Shown here piece by piece: positions 12,601 through 24,600 of a DNA stretch of 64,000 bases. The DNA lies in the NCBI RefSeq assembly GCF_022045235.1, contig NW_027266266.1, positions 6,696,001 to 6,760,000 of the forward strand, in the 5' to 3' direction. The stretch is from Haliotis cracherodii. Lineage: Eukaryota. Position numbers and translations under genes: made by a program. Under the pieces are notes generated by a model that saw nothing but the letters and a program-made list of their open reading frames with translations, searched no databases and was not told the origin of the DNA. The first letter of the stretch is position 1; the number at the start of each line of letters is the position of its first letter.

Positions 12601-15600
12601 TGGTAAGAATGTAAGGGAGAAGTTAGTTGATTTTCCGTTTGTCTGCAATCTCGAACCAATCTGATTATACAAACAACAAAGTAAATTCATCTGGAAAACA
12701 TGGTTAAACGTAAACCTTTTCAAAATGAAATATGATGGCATTCCCAAAGACATAAACAAAAGTATAAACGTTACTACATTTGGGATTAGAGGGCAAATTT
12801 CAAGATTCTTGTAATGGCCGCGCCCACACTGGTGGCAGCGATGTTACCGAGAGCGTAACGAAGGTGTCACGCGCTGGGAAGGAGCGTGCATCTTCCCGAG
12901 GCAAGGGAGGTAATTGACTCAGTCTGTAAAAGTCAGGTTTCCAACCTTGCCGAACTAGGCTGGTTTTATGGAGTTATCGTTTGGCTGGATTAACGAGTCT
13001 ATGCATATTCAAATCAAAATCGCCTAACGAAATCGACATCCGGATGTAAACAACATGGATTTCAACGGGCGGATTTCGGTCGACTGCAGGATTTGCAAAG
13101 CATGTGTACCGTCAAATGGGCGTAGACAGAAAATTTCCAAATCTTTTAGTGCTTTTAATCAAGGTGCCCAAATGATTTGATGCACTTCTCGAGGTAAGAC
13201 CCGTTTTAAACCAACTGTGTTTTGAAATGTGATGTAGTCCCACTGTAGTGTAGATACCTCTTTATTTTTTAGTCATTTCTTGGAAATATGCGAGAGGTCA
13301 TTTCTTGGAAATCGAACATGCCATTTCCATTGTAGGGGTGACATATTTTTAAAATTCTAAACTTATATATGTCTACAACAAACTTTATGAATTAACATTC
13401 AACTATGTATTTAACATGTGTAAGTCTGATTAGTTAGTTTGCAATTACCCCTAGTAAATAAAAAAATAAAAATATATATGCCTCTCCAACTTGGATGTGG
13501 CAGAACTTGACGTACATCACGGTTACTCACACCTCACAGCTGTCAATGGCTGACAATCTTGTGTTTACATTCTCTGTAACTAGTTAAACGAAGCAAGATG
13601 ACAACTCCGATCTATGATGTGGTTCAACATTAACCTGTAGATATACTGGGAATGATTGAGCCTGCTGGTACATTATGATTACCAAAGGAACTGAGTATGA
13701 CTGAACAGCCGTTTTTCAGGCTGCAAACGAGCCGGATATTTTGACAGGGGTATTTGCATGGTGTGACCTGTCAATTTAAAGATTTCACGGTTTCAAAGCC
13801 AGAGTGTGAAAGCAATGAGACCTTTGTGGCCAAGAAAATGTGGTTCCTGGAGTATTTTCTTAATTGTGCGTGTTTTGAAATGAATTTGATCAAGTTTGAT
13901 AAGCGGTGACTTCAGTAATGCCAGGACATTGTTTTCGTGGCCTTTCGAAGGGAGGAGTATTTTCTGATGGATTTTCAAATCCCTTCCTGCCAAATCCTGC
14001 CACAGAAATGGCAATGAATATCGAACACAAAAAGTTTAGTAAACTACATGTTGTTATAAATAAAGTTTCTTCAAACACATTTTTATCATGTTATATTTTA
14101 CTTTCATGGTCGGTCTTTTCAATGACGATCGATATTGCCTATTCCGAGTCTGTTCACTTCGAACATGTCCCTGACAGTTTCATAAACATTTCACTTGCAT
14201 GCAAATGATATGCCTTTGTAAAGTCTTGTAATCTCATCTCCGAAGCAGTCAGGATTACTTCCTAGAAAAACATTCCGTCGCCAAAAATAACCGATATCAA
14301 ACTACCGTATTTCCTCTATTAGACGCCAGGCCGTCTATTAATTTCGCGAGAGCCATTGACTTGGCATGTATTAGAGACCGGGGTGCCGTTGTACAAAACA
14401 ACATTAGCGCTACGACTGTCGTAAGTCTATGTTAAGGTATGGGAGTTACGATCACCTTAGCGCTAAGGTGGCTTTGTACAACGGCGCCCAGGCTTGTATT
14501 AGAGACAAAGCGTGTAATATAGGAAATATCGATAGTATTACGTTTTATGTTCCTAGTGGTGACCGATGTATTTATGCGGACGTTTTTGTGTGAAAAGGCT
14601 TACTGTATTTAAAAGGGCTTTCCATAGCAAAAACGAAACCCCTTTTTAACCAATAAGAATCAAGCATTCTTCAATGTCATGGTAGAATACAATATAGATC
14701 TTATAGCCTTACAAGTGATATGAAAGATGGAAGCTGATTGGTCAATAGGAAGGGCACAGAAGGGACATAACTCGTTATAGACTCTGGTGATTCAACGATA
14801 GAGCCAAGAAATTCCAACCTAGTTCGGAAAGACTGCAATCTGGACTTTTATAGTCAGTTAACTCCTCTGCCCCGGGAAGATGGGGATATCCCTGGGTAAG
14901 ATCAAGCTGCAGTGCAGTGAATTTGCATCCCAATACTTTGCAGATCATTGTGACGTCATCAATCAAATGACATCGCTATTCCTTCAATATGGGGCATATT
15001 CTTTTCCCACGTGCTTCATCAGATTTCTATTTTCATACTGTAGTCGACTTACTCTGGTTCTTGCCCCGGCTCTTCAGAATGACTGTCTCCCCTATTCTCT
15101 GGTTGATTGTCACAGTAGACTTTGGGGTGGCGTTCGACCGACCTCTATCACCATGGTAACATAATGGCTGACTGCTCTTCTTGGAACCAGCGCCATCTAC
15201 ACGCAAGTGCTCCTTCTCCGGACCAAACTCCTCCTTGCTCGCCGTGTATGGATTCTGAAACACAGGACATATATAACTTCGATAGCGACATATAACTGCG
15301 TGAAGACTTTAATGTCTTACATTTATATTTCAACTTTTTTTTTTTTTTGGTGGATGAAATTGAATTTAACGTCGCTTTCAAGGTTATTTCACATATACAG
15401 CGACATGCATGCACGTGTGTGCGTGGTTTGCTTGTGCGGTTTACTAGTCCGAAGAAATGCCGGTTTTATACTTCTAACCAATGAGATACCACGCAGCTTC
15501 GTAACATGGATACCACTCTCAGACACAGTATACTCCGAGCCGAGTAGTCCTTGTTTAATCTCTTAAGGTTCAAATATGAAGGAATCCATCTTCCCGAGGC

Positions 15601-18600
15601 AAGGGAATTAACTGACTGTAAAAGTCCAGTTTCCACCCTTGCAGAACTGAGATGGATTTATGGAGTTATCGTTTGGCTGGATTAACGAGTCTATGCATAG
15701 TCCAATCAAAATCGCGTAACGAAATCGACATCCGGTTGTAAACAACAAGGATTTCAACGTCCAGATTTCGGTCGACTGGAGGATTTGCAAAGCATGTGTG
15801 TCGTCAACTGGGCGTAGACAGATATTTTCCAAATCTTTTAATGCTTTTAATCAAGGTGCTCACGTGATTTGATGCACTTCGCGAGGTAAGACCCGTTTTA
15901 TTTAGGAGATAAACCTACTGTGTTTTGAAATTTGATGTAGTCCCACTGTGGAGTAGATACCTCTTTAACCATGCTTTACTCTCTCTCATAAATCACTGAG
16001 CGATTGTCGTAGACACTTTCCCTACAATATCATTGTATTTTAAAATTTATTTTACGTATGAGACTTAAATACAATCTTCCGTCTGTCTATTTGTCGGTCT
16101 TGTCTGGTCATATTTAACCTCATTAATGCCGGATGAGTGAATATGGTTTTACGCCTCTCTAGCAATATTCAGCAATATCACAGCGGGTATCACCTGAAAG
16201 AAGTGAGTGAGTATTGTTTTACGCCGCGTTTAGCAATATTCAAGCACTATCACGCCGGGGGACACCAGAAAGGGCTTCACACAAATGTACCCATGTGGGA
16301 AATCGAACCGAGTCTTCAGCGTGACAAGCGAACGCTTTAACCACTAGGCTACCCGACCGCACGATGTCGGATGAAGAACATTGTTCTATAGATGCCCAGG
16401 CCTGTAAGGCTGTTTTGCTACTCACGATCCACTTGGGCCTGTTGAACTGGCGGGGGATGGGCTTCTTGCCAGTGAGCCAGGGGTCTGCCAGCACCTCCTC
16501 CACGACCGGGCGGAGCAGGGGGTTGTACTGGAGCATCCTCCGTATCAGTACCATGCAGTCTACACAACAGGGGAGACTTAAAACAACATTTTGGCGTGTA
16601 TTTCAGAGCAAGCACCTGACCCAACATACCGAAATAACCATGAGTGAGTGAGTGAGTTTGGTTTTACGCCGCTTTAAGCAATACTCCTGGAATATCAGAG
16701 TGGGGGACACTATAAATGGGCTTCACACATTGTACCCATGTCGGGAATCGAACCCGGGTCTTCGGCGTGATGAGTGAACGCTTTAACCTCAAGGCTACCC
16801 TACCGCCCCAAAATTACCATGAATAAGCAAAAAAGATATTTATTGTTTGCTCATGGTGGTATAAGCGTAAAACTGGTGTGCATACAGTGTAAATCCGCAT
16901 AGCCGAATTAAAAATCAATATATCTACGGTATTTACTTTAACAGACATATGTTTTGACGCGGAAAAATCACGGTTAGAATTTCTTCAGCAACCCATGTTT
17001 GTCGCAGGAGGCGACCAACGAGATCGGGTGGTCAGGTTCGGTTTTTCGGTTGATGCATGCCCAATTGCGATCGATGCTCATCATGTCAGTCACTGGATTG
17101 TTTGGTCCAGACTCGATTACTTACAGACCGCCGTCACATAGCTGGGAAATGTCGTTGACAGATTGATCTTCTCAATACATTTTACATCATGCAGCTATCT
17201 TTTGTGATTTTAAAACTCAGTCATTTAAAATTATGGTAAAGTTTCTTTTGACCGTCAGTATATATTCATGTGTATACATTCTTTACTTTCCGATATAAAA
17301 TACAAGATCAGCGCGCTGGACGCGCATCTATCGTTCTGTATCAACTGAGTGAGTGAGTGAGTGAGTTTAACGCCGCTTTTAACAGTAATCCAGTCATATC
17401 ACGGCGTGTCAGCTTAATGTGGGAGGAAAGCCCGAAGTGTTGCAGGTCTCAGACGTTTACCACTTAGGTGAAACCCACGAGCACGGGTATGGTGCTGAAA
17501 AACCTTGAAACATAATCGGCGCGACGCGGGATTCGAACCCACAATCACAGGTTTCTGGCATGCCTAAGGGACGCAACTCTGCACAGCGAATCGCGGCGGC
17601 TTAGTCGACTGGGCCACCCGTGCCCCCGTATCAACTGATTGGGTCTCATCTTGGTCTCATATCGGGTCGGCTCGGCCAACTATACTACTCAAAAGAAGTT
17701 AAGGACCAAGCCATGCCAGATTAACTATCGTAATATGAAAGAATAGAGTGGTCCTTAACTTCTTTTGTGTAGAACATGACAGATTAACTATGGTAATATG
17801 AAAGAATAGAGTGGTCCTTAACTTCTTTTGAGAAGTACATACTACTGAATATTTATTAAATGAAATAGCTACGCGATATATCCTAAATAACAATGAACAA
17901 CGAAGCGTGGTTTATGTCACGATGAAACATTGTTCTGTCTTGACGTCATTTATGGAAAATAGAACATGCGCGCGCAACTTGATGACGAGGAAAGTCTAGT
18001 GAGTTGTTCCCCATAATGCAGCTGGACAGCGCAGATGAACGCAATGGCCGCGCGATCGCACCCAAAAGTAGGAGAGATATGACAGTCAGTATTGGGAGAA
18101 AAGGTGCAGATAATCGACGTGAAAATTGTGAGAATACCAAACTTAACCCCCACCCCCCTGTACATGAAATGGATTTGTCCAACATTGAAGAGGTCAGACT
18201 GTATTCAGGGAGTTATTATTTAAATACTGGAAAATGTTTTCGAAGTTTGTACAATTTATTTACATTCTTGAAAAAGGTGTACAAAATGATATCTCATATA
18301 AGAAATAAACGTCTCGTGGTCGTTGTTTATCGTCCAATAAATTATATTGTACGATAAACAACTCCTACTTGTCTTTTATTTCTTAAATAATGTTGGTTTG
18401 TTTGTTTGTTGTTTTACGTCGTACTCAGCAATATTCCAGCTCTATGACGTCGGTCTGTAAATAATCGAGTCTAGACCAGACAATCCAGTTATCCACGCAA
18501 TTGGCATCGATGACATGCTTCAACCAAGTCAACGAGCCTGACCACCCGATCCCGTTGGCCGCCTCTTACGACTTAAATAATGTATTAACAAATGTAAAGG

Positions 18601-21600
18601 TTGGGCAGTATAGGACGCTACAATATCCTGGCGGTCATGTAAGAAACACTCACCAAATGAGACATTACGCTCGAATCTGAGCCTCTGCATTTTCATATCC
18701 TCGTCCATCTCGCTGAGGTGACTGTCGTTGAAAGGGAGACGGCCGTTCACCATGGCGAACAGGATGATGCCACTGGAAATACACACCCATCGGTATCAGA
18801 CAAGGTTGTGTCTTGAGCCCAATTTTATTCATCTTCTAAACGAGACAGCGTGTACTATCAAAAGGGAACGTAACCGTGGAATTTTCGCGTTATAATTTTT
18901 TTAAAGATTTCTGTTGTTGCTATTTTGTGTTGACATTGTACTTATTGATTATGCTGTTCGTGATTTTCAAAAATTTGAAATTTGATAAAATACAATTGAA
19001 ATTCATTCCATGTATTGTCAATAATGTCAAATGTAAACAGGAAATGGTAAATATATTAATTTCTGATAATACTGAAAATGTTCGCTGTAGCCATGTATCA
19101 CATGTTCCGGAATCATTGCGCATGCGTTTGCATTGTTTTATGATGCCGCACGTACAATGCCTGGAATACCCCGTTGTTGACATTCACAGGTATGTATCCT
19201 CTACGTTCCTTAATTACCTGAGAGCACATTTTCAGAAGACAAAAGTCCTGTACACTGTTTATAGCCACGAGTAAAGCATTTACTCACAGACTCCAGGCAT
19301 CCGCTCTGTATCCGTCGTACGGCTTGTTCTTTATCACTTCCGGTGCTGTGTACGCATATGACCCACAGGAAGTCTTCAGGAGCAGGTTCCGGTCTGGGAA
19401 GCGGCAGGAGAATCCAAAGTCTACAATGAAAATATGACACACATTTATAATAATAAACATGCATGTTTTCAGTATTCTGTTTTCGTATCATTGTGATAAG
19501 GAAGACTTAGTGTAAAATAATTGTACTACTTCATATGTCCCCGCGGTGATTCTGGGTTGGAATTGTCCCCAGAAACCTATGCTGGTCGGAAAAGGAGGCC
19601 AGGTAGATCGGGTTTTGTTTGTTTATTTGTTGTTTAACGCCGCTCTCAGCAATATTACAGCTATATGACGGCGGTCTGTAAATAATCGAGTCTGGACACA
19701 GCAATCCAGTGATTAATATCATGAGCATCGATCTACAGAATCATGAATCAAGAGAGGGAGCCTGACCTCCTGATCCCGTTAGTTGTCGTTTAAGTTTGTT
19801 TGTTGTTTAACGCCACGCTCAGCAATATTCAAGCTATATGACCGCGGTCTGTAAAGACTCCGGTGATGGACATCATGGGCATTTATCCACGCAATGGGAT
19901 ACGATGACATGTATCAACCAAGTCAACGAGCCTGATCCCCCGTCCTCTTACGACAAGTATCATCCCCTCTTAAGACAAGCATGGGTTGCTGAAGACAAAT
20001 TCTAACCCGTATCTTCACGGCTGCGACTCTGAGTGTATAAACGAGTATACTTCCTCATCATACTGACCTACATTCCGAAGAAATCAGTATTTCATGACCT
20101 ACATTCCTTCTGTTTATAAAGGCTTACCTGTTATTTTAACGGTTGTTTCTGACGTGATGAGGATGTTCTCACACTTCAGATCTCTGAAGACAGAAACATA
20201 CATTGAGAATATACCTCCATAATCTTTCACACAAACAGAAACATGGACCCGATTCCTCAAAACGATCGCAGGGCTAATGCGATTTTATCATCCATACTGG
20301 CTTCCGCAGGAGATATCGCTTGGATATATGAACAATGAAATTGCAATATAATGCTTTACGGGTGAGGTGAAACAGGGTTTAACGTCGCGGTCAAGATTAT
20401 TGCACTTATATAGCGACGTGTTGTTGTGCAGGTGTTACTGTGAGTGAAGTCCACCTACCTGTGCACGATGGCGTTGTTGTGCAGGGGTTACTGTGAGTGA
20501 AGTCCACCTACCTGTGCACGATGGCGTTGTTGTGCAGGTGTTACTGTGAGTGAAATCCACCTACCTGTGCACGATGGCGTTGTTGTGCAGGTGTTACTGT
20601 GAGTGAACTCACCTACCTGTGCAAGATGGCGTTGTTGTGTAGGTGTTACTGTGAGTGAAATCCACCTACCTGTGCACGATGGCGTTGTTGTGCAGGTGTT
20701 ACTGTGAGAAAATCCACCTACCTGTGCACGATGGCGTTGTTGTGCAGGTGTTACTGTGAGTGAAATCCACCTACCTGTGCACCATGGCGTTGTTGTGTAG
20801 GTGTTACTGTAGGTGAAATCCACCTACCTGTGCACCATGGCGTTGTTGTGCAGGTGTTATTGTGGGTGAAATCTACCTACCTGTGCACGATGGCGTTGTT
20901 GTGCAGGTGTTACTGTGAGTGAAATCCACCTACCTGTGCACGATGGCGTTGTTGTGCAGGAGTTACTGTGAGTTAAATCCACCTACCTGTGCACGACGGC
21001 GTTGTTGTGTAGATGTTACTGTGGGTAAAATCCACCTACCTGTGCACGATGGCGTTGTTGTGCAGGTGTTACTGTGAGTGAAATCCACCTACCTGCGCAC
21101 GATGGTGTTGTTGTGCAGGTGTTACTGTAAGTGAAATGCATCTACCTGTGCACGATGGCGTTGTTGTGTAGGCGTTACTGTGAGTGAAATCCACCTACCT
21201 GTGCACGATGGCGTTGTTGTGCAGGTGCTACTGTGACAAAAATCCACCTACCTGTGCACGATGGCGTTGTTGTGTAGGTGTTACTGTGAGTGAAATCCAC
21301 CTACCTGTGCACGATGGCGTTGTTGTGTAGATGTTACTGTGAGTGAAATCCACCTACCTGTGCACAATGGCGTTGTTGTGCAGGTGCTACTGTGAGTGAA
21401 ATCCACCTACCTGTGCACGATGGCGTTGTTGTGCAGGTGTTACTGTGAGTGAAATCCACCTACCTGTGCACGATGGCGTTGTTGTATAGATGTTACTGTG
21501 ACTAAAATCCACCTACCTGTGCACGATGGCGTTGTTGTGCAGGTGTTACTGTGAGTGAAATCCATCTACCTGTGCACGATGGCGTTGTTTTGTAGGTGTT

Positions 21601-24600
21601 ACTGTGAGTGAAATCCTGTGCACGATGGCGTTGTTGTGCAGGTGCTACTGTGAGTGAAATCCACCTACCTGTGCAAGATGGCGTTGTTGTGCAGGTGCTA
21701 CTGTGACTAAAATCCACCTACCTGTGCACGATGGCGTTGTTGTGCAGGTGCTACTGTGAGTGAAATCCACCTACCAGTGCACGATAGCGTTGTTGTGCAG
21801 GTGCTACTGTGAGTGAAATCCACCTACCTGTGCACGATGGCGTTGTTGTGCAGGTGCTACTGTGAGTGAAATCCACCTACCTGTGCACGATGGCGTTGTT
21901 GTGCAGGTGCTACTGTGAGTGAAATCCACCTACCTGTGCACGATGGCGTTGTTGTGTAGGTGCTACTGTGAGTGAAATCCACCTACCTGTGCACCATGGC
22001 GTTGTTGTGTAGATGTTACTGTGGGTAAAATCCACTTACCTGTGCACCATGGCGTTGTTGTGTAGGTGCTACTGTGAGTGAAATCCACCTACCTGTGCAC
22101 GATGGCGTTGTTGTGCAGGTGTTACTGTGAGTGAAATCCACCTACCTGTGCACGATGGCGTTGTTGTGCAGGTGTTACTGTGAGTGAAATCCACCTACCT
22201 GTGCACCATGGCGTTGTTGTGTAGATGCTACTGTGAGTGAAATCCACCTACCTGTGCACGATGGCGTTGTTGTGCAGGTGTTACTGTGAGTGAAATCCAC
22301 CTACCTGTGCACGATGGCGTTGTTGTATAGATGTTACTGTGACTAAAATCCACCTACCTGTGCACGATGGCGTTGTTGTGCAGGTGTTACTGTGGGTGAA
22401 ATCCATCTACCTGTGCACGATGGCGTTGTTTTGTAGGTGTTACTGTGAGTGAAATCCTGTGCACGATGGCGTTGTTGTGCAGGTGCTACTGTGAGTAAAA
22501 TCCACCTACCAGTGCACGATAGCGTTGTTGTGCAGGTGCTACTGTGAGTGAAATCCACCTACCTGTGCACGATGGCGTTGTTGTGCAGGTGCTACTGTGA
22601 GTGAAATCCACCTACCTGTGCACGATGGCGTTGTTGTGCAGGTGCTACTGTGAGTGAAATCCACCTACCTGTGCACCATGGCGTTGTTGTGTAGGTGCTA
22701 CTGTGAGTGAAATCCACTTACCTGTGCACGATGGCGTTGTTGTGCAGGTGTTACTGTGAGTGAAATCCACCTACCTGTGCACCATGGCGTTGTTGTGTAG
22801 GTGTTACTGTGAGTGAAATCCACCTACCTGTGCACGATGGCGTTGTTGTGTAGGTGTTACTGTGAGTGAAATCCACCTACCTGTGCACGATGGCGTTGTT
22901 GTGCAGGTGCTACTGTGAGTGAAATCCACCTACCTGTGCACCATGGCGTTGTTGTGTAGGTGCTACTGTGAGTGAAATCCACTTACCTGTGCACGATGGC
23001 GTTGTTGTGCAGGTGTTACTGTGAGTGAAATCCACCTACCTGTGCACCATGGCGTTGTTGTGTAGGTGTTACTGTGAGTGAAATCCACCTACCTGTGCAC
23101 GATGGCGTTGTTGTGTAGGTGCTACTGTGAGTGAAATCCACCTACCTGTGCACGATGGCGTTGTTGTGTAGGCGTTACTATGAGTGAAATCCACCTACCT
23201 GTGCACGATGGCGTTGTTGTGCAGGTGTTACTGTGAGTGAAATCCACCTACCTGTGCACGATGGCGTTGTTGTGTAGGTGTTACTGTGACTAAAATCCAC
23301 CTACCTGTGCACGATGGCGTTGTTGTGTAGATGTTACTGTGGGTGAAATCCACCTACCTGTGCACGATGGCGTTGTTGTGTAGGTGTTACTGTGACTAAA
23401 ATCCACCTACCTGTGCACGATGGCGTTGTTGTGCAGGTGTTACTGTGAGTAAAATCCACCTACCTGTGCACGATAGCGTTGTTATGCATGTGTTGCACGC
23501 CCTGGCTCATCTGTTTGAAGATCTTCTTGGTGAGGTCCTCACCGATGCCGCGTTGGTTGTTGTTGATGGTTTGGTTGATCATGTCCAGTAGGTCCCCCTT
23601 CTCGCAATACTCGAGGACAAGGTACACCTGGTCGGCCGTGGAGAAGTTCTCGAACACTTGAACCTGGGACGTGGACATGTGACATAGCTTCGATTAGACT
23701 TAAGTTTTGTGTCTCATCTCCTACTGGCTAACTCTGGAAGGGGGAAACCGGATGTCGATGGCGTGAGCATCTATTAGTATACTCATCACGATTGGATGCG
23801 TATACACCAAGTACTCACCACGAGTGGAGGATTTGAGGAATTGGTGAATTAGTGAGAGCCCCAAGCCAATAAAATGTTAAACAAATAGTGAGTGAGTGAG
23901 TGAGTGAGTGAGTGAGTTGGGTTTAACGCCGCGTTTAACAGTATTCCAGTTATATTGCGGCATGTTCGACAAATAACAACTAGGAGAGTGAGTGAGTGAG
24001 TTGAGTTTTACGCCGCTTTTAACAGTATTCCAGTTATATCACGGCGTGTCAGCTTAATGTGGGAGGAAAGCCCCAAGTGATGCAGGTCTCAGACGTTTAC
24101 CACTTCGGTGAAACCCACGAGCACATGTTGGTGCTGACAAACCTAGAAACATAATCGGGGCGAACCGGGATTCGAACCCACAAGCATAGGTTTCTGGCGT
24201 GCCCAAGGGACGCAACTCTGCACAGCGAATCGCGGCGCCTTAGACGACTGGGCCACCCGTGCCCCCAACAACCAGGAGAACCAGCCTGAAGAGGTTCGTT
24301 GGAGCTGAAAGTTCGCTCAAATGTTGGGATTAATTTACTCAAAGTTGGTATTTATATCTATCTGCTGTCTGAGAGTTCATATATATGTATATGTTTTTTA
24401 CTTTTTTTGGTGGGTGGGGGTGTGGGGTGTGGGGTGTGGGATGTGGGGGTGGGGAAGAGGGATATACTCACCACGTGTGGATGGTGAGGGAGTATAGAGT
24501 GGTTGTCTAGTTCACGGGGAAGGAACTTTCGGAGGAACTCTTTTGGCACCAACTTCTTGTTGATTACCTTGATAGCCACCTGGGGTGTAGAGATACAGTA

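Noticed and set aside
20419-23490. CRISPR-like array, or coding ORFs within the 53 bp repeats
   Set aside because: There are no unique spacers and the context is a eukaryotic intron. The ORFs are by-products of a repeat period not divisible by 3.
23775-23850. Degenerate duplicate of the exon 2 end and donor (mutually exclusive exon?)
   Set aside because: Similarity is limited to ~15 nt around the donor, with an in-frame stop just upstream.
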